Of a stretch of DNA of 42,596 bases, positions 10,827 to 22,900 are shown piece after piece. Both the position numbers and the translations under genes were made by a program. The first letter of the stretch is position 1, and every line of letters begins with the position of its first letter. Under the pieces are notes generated by a model. That model did no database searches, was not told the origin of the DNA, and worked only from the letters and a program-made list of their open reading frames with translations. The DNA is from Myxococcota bacterium (GTDB lineage Bacteria; Myxococcota_A; Polyangia; Polyangiales; Sandaracinaceae): assembly GCA_036149055.1 (NCBI GenBank), contig JAYZQJ010000115.1, positions 1 to 42,596 on the forward strand, given 5' to 3'.

Positions 10827-11771
10827 TCAGTCGTCGTGGCGGCTGCGGAACCAGCGGCGGATGCGGTCGCCGAAGTAGTGGACACCGAGCGGGCGGAGGA
10901 AGTCGGCGGCGTCCTGGATGTCGAGGCGCTGCGCCTCGTTCCACGGGCCGAAGCAGCTCGGGTGGAGCTCGTCGTTGAGCGCGACGAGGATGTGCGTGTT
11001 GCCGTAGAAGACCGGGCCGCCGCTGTCCGCGTAGCACATCGAGGTGTAGCCATCGGCCTGGTTGGTGTTCAGGTGCAGGGTGCCGCGGTCGTCGAGGGCG
11101 TCGAAGCCCGCGCGGCCGATGCGGCGCACGCCGTCGTAGCGGCCGGTCGGGTTGGCGACGAAGTCGAGGCCGTGGCCGACCATGGTGAACTCGCGGCGCT
11201 CGAGGGCGCGCCCGTTGCGGCGGTCGAGGAAGCCGACCGGCGGGAGGATGGCGGGGCGGATGCCGCGGACGCGCTCGTCGAGGAGGATGGCCGCGAAGTC
11301 GTTGTTGTCCGCGCCGTCAGCCTGGCGCTGACCGGGGTAGCCGAGCGTGTAGCCCGGGCGGCTGTGCATGTCGCCGAGGTAGCTCGCCCCGAGCTCGCTG
11401 AAGGGAGTGGAGGGCGCCGGGCTCGGGTTCGCGAACTCGACCGACTGGGTGAACACGACACCCCACTCGTAGGTCGGGGGGAGCGGGAAGCCGGTGATGT
11501 CCTGGAAGATGTGGGGGAGGTCCAGCTCGCAGTGGGCGACCGTCAGCACGATGTCGCGCTCGACGAGCACACCGGAGCAGACCGGGAACCAGGTGTCGTC
11601 CGGGAACACGGCGGCGACGATCGCCACCTCCGGGTACTCGTTCGCGTCGTCCGGCGTGCCGGCCGTGATCGCGTCGCTCGACTCCCCGGTGTCCGAGACG
11701 TCCGCCGCGCACCCGGTGAGGGCGGCGATCAGCCCGAGCATCAGCACTGGCTTCCACATCGTGTCGTGCAT
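10827..11771 (-). CDS. Lipoprotein S1 serine protease, copy B, 314 aa
   Basis: AAGGAG upstream of the ATG at 11771; lipobox LTGC; CSGVLV, TVAHC, NDFAAI, CYADSGGP. Confidence 0.87.
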   Translation of the reverse strand: MHDTMWKPVLMLGLIAALTGCAADVSDTGESSDAITAGTPDDANEYPEVAIVAAVFPDDTWFPVCSGVLVERDIVLTVAHCELDLPHIFQDITGFPLPPTYEWGVVFTQSVEFANPSPAPSTPFSELGASYLGDMHSRPGYTLGYPGQRQADGADNNDFAAILLDERVRGIRPAILPPVGFLDRRNGRALERREFTMVGHGLDFVANPTGRYDGVRRIGRAGFDALDDRGTLHLNTNQADGYTSMCYADSGGPVFYGNTHILVALNDELHPSCFGPWNEAQRLDIQDAADFLRPLGVHYFGDRIRRWFRSRHDD

Positions 11772-11839
11772 CGTTCCCAACTCCTTCACTTCCAACTCTC
11801 GGCAGCTGTACGAAAGCTGCGCAGACGTTTCGCTGGTAG

Positions 11840-11855
11840 TGCAGCTATCGATCCA
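11840..11855 (-). promoter_or_regulatory. Candidate sigma54 (-24/-12) promoter for protease copy B
   Basis: Minus strand TGGATCGATAGCTGCA is GG-N10-GC with TGG..CG and TGCA matching consensus; it lies next to a divergent sigma54 activator gene. Confidence 0.5.
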
Positions 11856-11897
11856 ATGTCGGATCCAGGGCCAACGACCGGATCGAGGGCTCCCCAT

Positions 11898-11914
11898 TCG
11901 GCAATCATTGCCGA
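11898..11914. promoter_or_regulatory. Perfect inverted repeat, candidate enhancer-binding protein site
   Basis: TCGGCAAT-C-ATTGCCGA in the divergent intergenic region, about 45-60 bp upstream of the candidate -24 element. Confidence 0.5.
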
Positions 11915-11978
11915 TCCGTGACAGAGTGCGCGTGGGCGGCTTTGGCCAGAAGCGCCCGTTCTGTGTTACCTACCGAGG

Positions 11979-13736
11979 GTGTCCGAGCCGACGTTGACCC
12001 GGGATCGCCGTTCCCGCGATCAGCCGCTCGACGCGACGCGTCACGTGTGGATCGTGATCCACCGGGTCGGTCGGCTGCGCCCTCACGGGCTCCCGATCGG
12101 CGCCCGCTGGACGGTCGGCCGCGACTCCGGCGTCGATCTGGTGGTCGCCGACCCTTCGGTCTCGCGACGCCACCTCCTGCTCGAGCGCACCGACGAGGGC
12201 GTCTTCATCGTCGACCTGGACTCGTCGAACGGCACCCTGGTCAACGGACAGGAGATCGAGGGGCGCTGGCGCCTCGGCGCCGGAGACAAGGTGGAGATCG
12301 GGGGCTCCGCGTTCTGGGTCCACGCGGCGAGCGAGGCGACGGACACGCCGGCCGCGCTCCCCTCGCACACCGACTTCCTGGACATGCTGGCCGACGAGGC
12401 CGCGCGCTCCCGGGCGTTCGGAAACGCCTTCGGGCTGCTCCTGCTCGAGGCGCGCAACGCATCGGACATGTTCTTCACCCGCACGGTGCGGCGCGTGGCC
12501 GGCGCGAAGCGGGACGTGGATCGCCTGGCGACGTACTCGCCGAAGATCATCGAGGCGATCTTCCCGCAGATCGCGCTGGCCGATCTCCAGCGGCGGGTGG
12601 CCGAGCTCGTCGACGGTGGGGAGGCGGACGAGCCCCCGCTCCGGGCGGCCGCCCTCTGGGTGGCGTCGCCGGACTCCCCGGACGCGCTGATCGCCGAGGC
12701 CATGGAGCTGCTGCGGACCGTTCGCCACGGCAAGGGTGGGTACGCCTGCCGCGCCCACGGGACGGCGCCCAGCGACGAGGGGCCGGCCGAGACCACCGAG
12801 CCGCTCGTGGTCAGCGACGAGATGCGACAGGTGATGAACGAGGTCGCCGAGGTCGCGCGGTCCGAGATCGGGGTGCTGGTGCGCGGGCCGACCGGCGCCG
12901 GCAAGGAGCTCGTGGCGCGGGCGATTCATCACCGCGGACCCCGGCGCGCCGGGCCGTTCGTGGCCGTGAACTGCGCGGCGATCCCGCAGCATCTGCTCGC
13001 CTCCACCCTGTTCGGGCACGTCGAGGGCGCCTTCACCGACGCGCGCGGCGACGCCCGGGGGCTCTTCCGCGCGGCCGACGGAGGCAGCCTCTTCCTCGAC
13101 GAGGTCGCGGAGCTCCCGACCGAGGCGCAGGCCGCGCTGCTCCGCTGCCTCGACGACAAGCGGGTGCGGCCCGTGGGATCGACCTCCGAGATCCCGGTCG
13201 ACGTGCGGGTCGTCGCGGCCACCCACCGCGACCTCGAGGAGCAGGTCGGGGCGGGCGGCTTCCGGCGCGACCTCTACTTCCGCCTGAGCGGGGTCGAGAT
13301 CGAGGTGCCGCCGCTCGCGCGCCGCACGGCGGACATCCTCCCGCTCGCGCGCCACTTCCTCCAGCAGGTCCGCGTCCGCGCCGGCGTGCAGGCGGTGGAC
13401 TTCGACGAGCAGGCGTGCGCGCTCCTCCTCCAGCACGCGTGGCCGGGGAACGTGCGCGAGCTGCGCAACGTGGTCGAGCACGCGGCGCTCAACGCGCACG
13501 GCGACACGATCACCGCGCTCCACCTCTCCTCCCGGATCGTCGGCGTCGACGACACCGCCGACGACGACGACCTGCCGCGCTTCAAGCACATGGTGGAGCA
13601 GTTCGAGCGCGAGCTCCTGCTCCAGGCGCTTCGCCGCGCGAACTGGAACCGCAGCGAGGTGTCGCGCCGGCTCGGGATCCCGCCGCGCACCCTGACCAAC
13701 AAGCTCAAGCGCTACGGGCTCCGCGAAGGCGACTGA
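11979..13736 (+). CDS. Sigma54-dependent transcriptional activator: FHA + degenerate GGDEF-like + AAA+ + Fis-type HTH, 585 aa
   Basis: FHA (VGRD, SVSRRH, DLDSSNGT); Walker A GPTGAGKE, GAFTDA loop, Walker B LFLDEV, WPGNVRELRN; C-terminal HTH; middle region DRLATYSPKII is GGDEF-like but lacks the GGDEF motif. Confidence 0.92.
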   Translation: MSEPTLTRDRRSRDQPLDATRHVWIVIHRVGRLRPHGLPIGARWTVGRDSGVDLVVADPSVSRRHLLLERTDEGVFIVDLDSSNGTLVNGQEIEGRWRLGAGDKVEIGGSAFWVHAASEATDTPAALPSHTDFLDMLADEAARSRAFGNAFGLLLLEARNASDMFFTRTVRRVAGAKRDVDRLATYSPKIIEAIFPQIALADLQRRVAELVDGGEADEPPLRAAALWVASPDSPDALIAEAMELLRTVRHGKGGYACRAHGTAPSDEGPAETTEPLVVSDEMRQVMNEVAEVARSEIGVLVRGPTGAGKELVARAIHHRGPRRAGPFVAVNCAAIPQHLLASTLFGHVEGAFTDARGDARGLFRAADGGSLFLDEVAELPTEAQAALLRCLDDKRVRPVGSTSEIPVDVRVVAATHRDLEEQVGAGGFRRDLYFRLSGVEIEVPPLARRTADILPLARHFLQQVRVRAGVQAVDFDEQACALLLQHAWPGNVRELRNVVEHAALNAHGDTITALHLSSRIVGVDDTADDDDLPRFKHMVEQFERELLLQALRRANWNRSEVSRRLGIPPRTLTNKLKRYGLREGD

Positions 13737-13978
13737 CCATCGACCGGTCGCCCCGGAGCCCTCGCCCCCCAACCCGCGCCGGAAGGTCGCGTCGCGCCGT
13801 CAACCGAGCCACTCGGGGCTGCGCGAGCGGCGAATGGAATGGACGAACGGAGGCGCTGCGGCGATACTCCGCCGGGAGCTGATCGGCAGGCTCTCCTTCG
13901 GGAGGCAGTGGTAGCCTGAGATGAACGGATCGCGCGCGCAGGACACGGGGTGGGCTCGGGCCACCCGGAGTCGTCGGT

Positions 13979-16900
13979 TTGTCTGACCTCTGGGACGGGC
14001 TCGACGCCCTGCCGGAGGAGTCGCCGGATCCCGAGGATCTCCCCGTCTCCTACGGACAGGAGCGCTTCTGGTTCCTGCAGGAGCTCGCCGGCGACGCGGC
14101 CCTCTTCAACGTCGGCCTCCACTTCCGGGTCCGCGGCCGCCTCGAGCCCGCGCTGCTCCGTGACGCGCTGGCCTCGCTGACCACGAGACACGAGAGCTTG
14201 CGCACCGGGATCCGCGCGCGAGGCGGCGAGCCGCGGCGCCGGGTCGTCCCGGACGTCGACGTGCCGCTCGAGGTGATCACGCTCGAGCGCGCCGAGGAGC
14301 TCGACGCGGTCCGCCGCGACACCTTCGAGCGACCCTTCGATCTCGGGGAGCCGCCGCTCTGGCGGGCGCGCCTCTGCCTCGCGCCGGGCGAGGAGGCGCA
14401 CCTCGTCCTCGCGATCAGCCACCTCGTGTCCGACGGCGCCTCCCTCGCGCTCATCGCGTCGGAGCTGCTCCAGGCCTACGACGCGCTGGCGTGGGGCACC
14501 GCGCCGGAGTGGGAGGCGGCCGTGCCGTACGGGGACTTCGTCGCGTGGCAGCGCGGCCCCGACGGCGCCGAGCGGCTCGAGGCGCAGCTGGCGTACTGGC
14601 GACGACAGCTGTCGCCGCCGCCGCCGCCGGTGACGATCGCCCGGGACCGCCGCGATCCGGCGGGGCGAGGGCCGACCCGTCGCACCGAGCGGCGCCTCTC
14701 CGAGGCCCTGGAGGGGGCGCTCGGCGCGCTCGCGCGGGAGGCGAAGGCGTCGCCGTTCATGGTGGTGATGGCCGCGTGGCAGGTGCTCCTCGCGCGGCGG
14801 AGCGGCGAGCGCGACGTCGCCGTCGGCACGCCGGTCTCGGGCCGCCCCGGCGCGCGGTTCCAGCGCTCGGTCGGGCTGTTCATCAACACGGTCACGATCC
14901 GGAGCCGCGTGGAGATGCGGCGGTCGTTCCTCGACCACGTCGCCCGCGTGAAGGCGTCGAGCCTCGAGGCGCTGCGTCACCAGGACGCGCCGTTCGCGCA
15001 GGTGGTGGGCGCGCTGGATCTCGACCGCCGCGTCGACGCGACCCCGGTGTTCCAGACGCTCCTCGTCTACAACGAGACGCCGCCTGGCGCGGCCCGGGGC
15101 GGAGGGCTCGAGCTGGAGCTGGAGGGGCGGCACCAGGGGCGCGCGGTCTTCGACGTCGAGCTGCAGTTCTCGGCCGGCGACGGCCTCGAGGCGCGGCTGG
15201 TCTACGACGCGCACGCGTACGAGGCCGCCACCGTCGACGCGATCCTCGACGCCTACGTCGCGCTGCTCGAGGCGCTCGTCGCCGCGCCTCGGGCCCCCCT
15301 CGCGCAGCTCGACCTGCTGGGCCCCGGGGAGCGGGAGGCGCTGGTCTCCCTGGGGCGCGGGCCGTCTCACGAGGGTCCGCTCGCCTCGGTGCTCGAGCGG
15401 CTCGCCGCGAGGGCCGACGCTCCGGCGCGGGCCCTCGAGCGCGCCGACGGGACGACCTGGTCCTACGCCGAGCTCTGGCGCGCGTCCGGCGCGGTCGCGG
15501 CGCGCCTCGAGGCGGCCGGCGTGCGGCCGGGAGACCGCGTGGCCATCGGCGCGGAGCGGGGCCCGTGGACCGTGGCCGCCATGATCGGGGTGTGGCGCGC
15601 GGGCGCGGCCTACGTCCCGGTCGATCCGGCGCTGCCCGCGCGGCGCATCGCGCTGATGCTCGGCGACTCGGGGGCGCGGCTCACGCTCGTCGACGACGAG
15701 GCCGACCGGGGGTGGGGCCCGCAGCTCGCCCTCGGCGGTGACGTCCCCGCGCGCGATCCCTTCGAGGGGCGCCTCTTCCCGGGGGACGAGGCCTACCTCA
15801 TCTACACGTCCGGCTCGACCGGCACGCCCAAGGGCGTCTCGGTGCCGCACCGCGCGGTGACCAACTTCCTCTGGTCGATGGCGAGCGAGCCGGGGCTCTC
15901 CGAGCGGGACGTGCTCCTCGCGGTCACGACCTTCTCCTTCGACATCTCGGTGCTGGAGCTCTTCCTCCCGCTCCTCGTCGGCGGCTCGGTCCTGCTCGCG
16001 AGCCGCGCGGAGGCCGGCGACCCCGAGCGGCTCGTCGCGCTGCTCGAGCGGGCGACCGTGATGCAGGCCACGCCGGCCACCTGGACGATGTTGATGGGCG
16101 CGGGCTGGCGCGGCGGCGTGCGCGCGTTCACCGGCGGCGAGGCGCTCCCGGCGCGGCTCGGCGCCCGGCTCGCGGAGATCTGCCCGGAGGTCTGGAACCT
16201 CTACGGACCGACGGAGACGACGATCTGGTCGTCGCGCTGGAAGGTCGACGGCCCGCCGATCCGGGTCGGCGTGCCCATCCACGAGACGACGCTCCGGGTG
16301 CTCGACCGGGACGGCCAGCTCGTGCCCGACGGCACGATCGGCGAGCTGAGCATCGGGGGGCGCGGCGTCGCCAACGGCTACCACGGCCGCCCGGCGCTGA
16401 CCGCGGAGCGCTTCGTGCCCGATCCTTTCGGGGCGCCGGGCGGGCGGCTGTACCGCACCGGGGATCTCGCGCGCTGGGTGGACGGCGAGGTCGAGTGTCT
16501 GGGCCGGACCGACTTCCAGGTGAAGCTGCGCGGCTTCCGCATCGAGCTCGGCGAGATCGAGGCCGCGCTCGAGTCCATGCCGGGCGTGCTGCGCGCCGTC
16601 GCGTGGCTCCACACCTCGAGCACGGGCGCCGAGCAGCTCGTGGCGCACTACGAGGGCGAGCCGGTGGACGCCGACGAGGCGCGCCGGGTGCTGGGCGAGC
16701 GGCTGCCCGAGTACATGGTGCCGACCTTCGTGGAGCACCTCGCGGAGCTGCCGCTCAACACCAGCGGCAAGGTCGATCGCGCCCGGCTGCCGGCGCCGAT
16801 CGGCGCGACGGGCCAGGCCGGAGACGTCGAGCCGCCCCAGGGCCCGCTGGAGAACGCCATCGCGAGCGCCTGGCGGGACGCGCTCGGGGTCGACGTCGTC

Positions 16901-19900
16901 GATCGGCGGAGCGACTTCTTCGAGCTCGGCGGCGACTCCATCCGGCTGCTCCCGGTCGCGGCGGCGCTCCGCGAGGAGGGGCACCCGGTCGAGCTCGCGG
17001 ACTTCTTCGCGCACCGGCGGCTGCACCAGCTGGCTTCCGCCCTCGCGGCGCGCGAGACCGACGGGGGAGGCGTCTCGGTCGGGCCGTTCGAGCTGGTGGA
17101 CGCCGACGCCGATGCGTTCGGGCCCTCGATCGAGGCGGCCTACCCGCTGACGCGGCTGCAGGCGGCGATGGTCGCCCACGCGGCGCGCGGCGCGACGATG
17201 AAGTACCACGAGGTCGTCGCCTACCGGGTCGACGGCGGGGTGGATCCGTCCGCCCTCGAGGCGGCGATGGCGACCCTCGTCGAGCGACACGAGCTCTTGC
17301 GCACCTCGTTCCGCCTGGGCGGCGGCCCGGAGCCCGTGCAGCGGGTCCATCGCGAGGCCACGGTGCGCGTCGAGGCGCGGGACGCGCGCGGCTGGGTGCC
17401 CTCGGAGGTCGACGCGAGGGTGCAGGCGCTGCTGGCGGCCGAGGCGCGGCGACCGTTCGATCTCGCGGCGGCGCCCCTCTTCCGGGTGAGCGTGCACCAC
17501 CTCCCGGGCGAGACCGCGCTCGTCGTCTTCTCGTTCCATCACGCCATCCTCGACGGCTGGAGCGTGGCGACGCTGCTGGCGGAGCTCGGCGCGCTGCTCC
17601 GCGGCCAGGCGCTCCCGCCCCCGCCCCGCGGCCGCTATCGCGACTACGTGCGGGTGGAGCGCGACGCCGAGCGCGACGCGGAGGTGCGCGAGGCCTGGCG
17701 GCGCGAGCTCGAGGGCTTCGAGCCGATGGAGAGCCTGCCCACCGAGCCCGACGCGGCCGGGGCCACGCCGGAGACGCGGGAGCTGGACCTCTCGCCCGAT
17801 CTGCTCGAGGCGCTCGAGGGGGCGGCGGAGCGCGCGGGCACCACGCTCCCGGTCGCGCTCGCCTCGGCCCACGCCGCGGTGATGGCCGCCTACACCGGGC
17901 GCCGCGACGTCGCGATCGGCTGGGTCACGCACGGCCGCCCCCCGACCCCGGACGCGGAGCGTCAGCTCGGCTTGTTCCTGAACACGCAGCCGCTCCGGGT
18001 GGACGTGCGCGGCGACTGGGCCGGCCTGCTCGACGCGACGGGGCGAGGGCGCGACCGGCTCCAGCGGCTGCGCTACTACCCGCTGTCGGCGGTCTCGAGG
18101 GAGGTCGGCGGTCGGCCCTTCGAGTCGATCTTCGTCGTCGGTGACTTCCACGTTCTGCGCGGGCTCGAGGGCGCCGACCTCGCCGCGGTCGAGCGGCACT
18201 CCCTGCACGAGACCGAGATCCCCCTCGAGGTCTTCTTCGTGCGTCGACCGGAGGGCGCGGCGCTGCGGCTCATCTTCGCCCCCGCGGTGGCCGACGCCGC
18301 GCGGGACGGGATGGTCGTGGCGCACGAGCGCGCGCTGCGGGCCCTCGCGCGCGGGGGCGCCGTGCGCCTGGCGGAGCTCCTCGCGCCCGAGCAGACGAGC
18401 GCGCTCGCGCGCCGCAACGCGACGCAGCGGGGCTGGCGTCTCCCGCCCACGCTGATGGACGCGTTCGAGGCGCAGGTGGATCGCGATCCGACGGCGGTGG
18501 CGCTGTCGTCCGAGGAAGGCGCGCTGAGCTACGCGGAGCTCGACGCGCGGGCGAACGCGGTGGCGAACGCGCTGCGGGAGCGGGGCGTGGGGCTCGAGAC
18601 CCGCGTGGCCGTCTGCGTCGAGCGCTCGCTCGAGCGGCTGGTCGCGGTCTACGGCGTGCTCAAGGCGGACGCGGCCTACGTCCCGGTGGAGGTCGACCTC
18701 CCGGCGGAGCGGGCCCGCGCGATCCTCGAGGACGCGGGCTGTCAGCTCGTCTTGACGGCGGGCGACGCGTCGCCGGGCGGCCTCGAGGGGGCGCGGGTCG
18801 AGGACGTGCGGCGCCTGGCGGAGGGCGAGCGCCGCGAACGGCCGGTCCGCCGTGCCCTGCCCCAGAACACCGCCTACGTGATCTTCACCTCCGGCTCGAC
18901 CGGCCGACCGAAGGGCGCGGCCAACGCGCACGGCGCGGTGATGAACCGGCTCACCTGGATGCAGGAGGCGCTCCCCCTCGACGCGCGCGACGTCGCCCTG
19001 CACAAGACCCCGTTCGGCTTCGACGTGTCGGTGTGGGAGCTCTTCTGGCCGCTGCAGGTCGGCGCGCAGCTCCGGGTGGCGCCGCCGAAGGCCCACCGCG
19101 AGCCGCGGCGGCTGTGGCGCGTCATCGAGGAGGCCGGGGTCACGATCTCGCACTTCGTGCCCTCCATGCTCGGGCCGTTCCTCGACGCCACCCCGGACGC
19201 GCCGAGCGGTCTGCGGCGCGTGGTGTGCAGCGGCGAGGCGCTCGGCGCAGAGCTGAGGGCGGAGCTCCATCGCCGGCTCCCGGGCGCGGAGCTGCACAAC
19301 CTCTACGGGCCGACCGAGGCGGCGATCGACGTCACCTGGTGGCCGTGCCCGGCGGACGACACGCGGCGCCCGGTCCCGATCGGGCGGCCGATCGCCAACA
19401 CCACGACCCACGTGCTCGACGAGGAGCTGGAGCGGCTCCCCGATCGGGTCGCCGGGCAGCTGCACCTCGGCGGCGTCCAGGTGGGGCTCGGCTACGTGGG
19501 GCGCCCGGCGCTCACCGCGGCGCGCTTCGTCTGCGACCCGTTCGGGCACGGCGAGCGCATGTACGCGACCGGCGACCGCTGCCGGTGGGGCGAAGACGGC
19601 GCGCTCGACTACCTGGGCCGCGTCGACTTCCAGGTGAAGATCAACGGGCTCCGGATCGAGCTCGGCGAGATCGAGGCCGTGCTCGAGCAGCACCCGTCGG
19701 TGAGCCAGGCGGTGGCGTGGACACACCCGGCCCCCTCGGGCGGCCTGCGACTGGTCGCGTACCACGTCGGCGAGGCGGTCGAGGCGGAGGCGCTGCGCGA
19801 ACACCTGCGGGGGCAGCTCCCCGCCTACATGGTGCCCGCGGAGCTGATGCATCTGCCGGCGCTGCCCCTCACCGGGAGCGGCAAGGTGAACCGGGCCGCG

Positions 19901-22900
19901 CTGCCGGCCCCCGGGCGGTCGACGCGAGCCTACGAGCCGCCGCGCGGGGAGAACGAGGCGCTGCTCGCGTCCCTCTGGGCCCAGGTGCTCGGCCTCGAGC
20001 GGGTCGGGCGTGACGACGACTTCATCGCGCTCGGCGGCGACTCGATCTCGATGCTGCCGGTGCTCGGCGGCCTGGAGGAGCGAGGCCTCCGCCTCGACGT
20101 CGAGGACCTCCTCGCCGATCCGGTGCTGCACCGGGTGGCGGCGCGGCTCACCGCGCACGAGGGCTCCGGCAGCGCCTACGCGCCGTGGTCGCTCGTGACC
20201 GACGAGGATCGCCAGCGCCTCGAGGGGGAGGCCGTCGACGCCTTCCCGATGACGCAGATCGCGCAGGGCATGGTGTTCCACCAGGTCGAGTCGCCGGGCT
20301 CCGCCTCCTACCACGACGTGGTCAGCCTGCTCGTGCGTGGCGCGCCCTCGACCGAGCGCCTCGTGGACGCGGTGCACCAGATCGTCGAGCGTCACCCCGC
20401 GCTCCGCGCCTCCTTCCGGGTGGCGGGCTTCTCCAGGGCGCTCACCGTCATCCACCGGCGCTGCGACGTCGACGTCCGGGTGGTCGACGCCCGCGACTGG
20501 GGCGAGGCGGTGGAGGCTTACGTCGCCAGGGCCTGCGCGGAGGAGACGAGCCGGCCCTTCGAGCTCGAGGCGGCGCCGCTGCTCCGGGTGATCGTGCACG
20601 AGCTCGCCGGGGACCGGAAGCACGTGATGCTCAGCTTCCACCACGCGGTGATGGATGGCTGGAGCCTCTCGCTCGTGATCGCCGAGCTCTCCGCGGCGTG
20701 GACCGGCCGCGCGCTCCCTCGCCCGCCGAAGGACGTGCTCGGGCTCCACGTCGCGCGGGAGCAAGAGGCGCTCGCCGACGCGGACACCGATCGTTTCTGG
20801 GCGCGCCGTCCGGAGGCGCCGCCTCCCTCGCGCCTCCCGCTCGACGGCGAGGAGACGCTCTCCCGCTCGCTCGTGCCGCTCGACGACGCGACCGCCGCGG
20901 CCCTCCACGCGCTGGCCGAGCGCCTCGGCGTGAGCGTCAAGAACGTGTTCCTGGCCTGCCACCTGGTGGTTCAGTCGATGCTGGGCGGGGTGGCCCGGGT
21001 GACGACCGGCCTGACCACGCACACCCGGCCTCACGAGGGCGGCGACGAGGCGGTCGGCATGTTCCTCAACTCGCTGCCGTTCACCGTCGACGTCGAGGGG
21101 ACGTGGGCCGAGCTGATCCGTCGGGTGCACGACCTGGAGCGCGCGCACTACCGTCATCGGCTGCTGCCGTACCCCGAGATCCTGCGCCGCGGGCACTCCC
21201 GGCCGTACGACAGCGCGTTCAACTTCGTCAGCTTCCGCGCCTACCGGACCGCGCTCGAGGGCGCAGGCTTCGAGGTGGAGCGGCTCGAGATGCACGAGCG
21301 CGGTGAGCTGCCGCTCTCCTTCCACGTGCGGCTGGACGGGACGACCCGGGCGCTCGCGGCCGAGCTGCACTCGTTCAACCTGGCCGAGCCGCTGCTCACC
21401 CGGATGCGCGGGATGTACGCGCGCGCGCTGACCTCGGCGGCCGAGGCCACGGACGCGACGATCGACGCCGAGGCGCTGCTCGGCGAGGCGGAGCGGGCCG
21501 ACGTGACGCGGCGCTACGCGACCGCGGGCGAGGGCGACTGGGCGCGTGGCCACGACCTCACCGCCGCGCGCGCGCTCACCCTCGGCGACATGTTCGACGA
21601 GGCGGCGCGCCGCCACCCGAGCCTCGAGGCCGTCATCGCAGCCGATCGCAACCTCACCTACGCGGAGCTGGCCGCGGAGGTCGACGCGCTCGCCGCCCGC
21701 CTCGTGGACCGCGGCGTCGGGCCGGGAGATCGGGTGTCGGTGGTCGTCGGGCGCGGCGCGTGGTCCATCGCGGCGATCCTCGGGGTGACGAAGGCGGGCG
21801 CGGCGTACGTCCCCATCGACGAGACCGAGGCCCCCGACCGCGCCGCCTGGATGTGCGAGGGCTGCGCGGCGCACCTGGTCGCGACCGACTCGGGGGTGGA
21901 GCTCGATCCGGACGCGAAGGGATCGTCGCGCCGCGTCCCGAGCCGCCCCGACCAGCTCGCCTACGTCATCTTCACCTCGGGCACGACCGGCCGCCCCAAG
22001 GGCGTGGAGATCGAGCATCGCGCGATCGCCAACACCGTGCTCTGGGCGCGCGAGGCGCTGAAGCTCGGGCCGGGCGTCCGATCGGGCCACGTGGCGCCGC
22101 TCTCCTTCGACGCCGGCAACCGTCACGTGTACGACGCGTTGACGAGCGGGGCGACCCTGGTGATGGCGCCCACCGAGGTGCGGACCGACGCCGACCGGGT
22201 GGTCGAGTGGCTGACGGAGCACCGCGTCGAGGTGTTCAACGCCGCGCCCGTGATCCTGCGCTTCGTGTACCCGCGGCTCGCGGAGCTCGACTCGCTGCGG
22301 GTCTGGACGACCGGCGGAGAGCCGCTCGCGCTGCCGCGGGGGGCGCGCCTGCCGTTCCAGCTCTTCTTCGAGTACGGGCCGACCGAGGCGTCGGTCGCGA
22401 CGAGCTGCGAGGTGGTGGCGCCAGACACGCAGCTCGACGAGGCGCTCTCGATCGGGCGCCCGGTGCCGGGGGCCTCGTCCTACGTGCTCGACGAGTCGCT
22501 GCGCGCGGCGCCGCGGGAGGTGACGGCGCAGCTCTGCCTCGGCGGCGCCGGCGTCGGGCGGGGCTACACGGGCAAGCCGGCCCTCACCGCCGAGCGCTTC
22601 CGGCCGGATCCCTTCGCCGACGAGCCCGGGGCGCGCATGTACCTCACCGGCGACCTGGCGCGCTGGCGACCGGACGGGCGCCTCCAGTTCGAGGGGCGTC
22701 GGGATCGACAGGTCAAGATCCGAGGCTTCCGGATCGAGGTCGACGAGGTCGAGGCGGTGCTCGGATCGGTGCCCGGCGTCGACGCGAGCGCGGTGCTGGT
22801 CGAGGGCGCCGGCAGCGCCAAGCGGCTCGTGGCCTACGCCGCGCCTCGCTCGCGATGGACGCCGACGACCTTGCGCGCGGCGCTCGCCGAGCGGCTGCCT

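Noticed and set aside
13909..13917. TGGTAGCCT extended -10-like element upstream of the NRPS
   Set aside because: No supporting -35 element; too weak to call without TSS data
16830..20150. Epimerisation domains implied by the GGDSI carrier motifs
   Set aside because: Only one C-family domain lies between each T and the next A; E-domain motifs and the dual E/C N-terminal HH motif are absent
20175..21480. Nocardicin-type beta-lactam-forming C domain, or an ACV-type beta-lactam pathway, suggested by lat plus a Ser module
   Set aside because: The motif is FHHAVMDG, lacking the extra His (HHHxxxDG) of NocB C5; no Cys/Val modules or isopenicillin N synthase in the window
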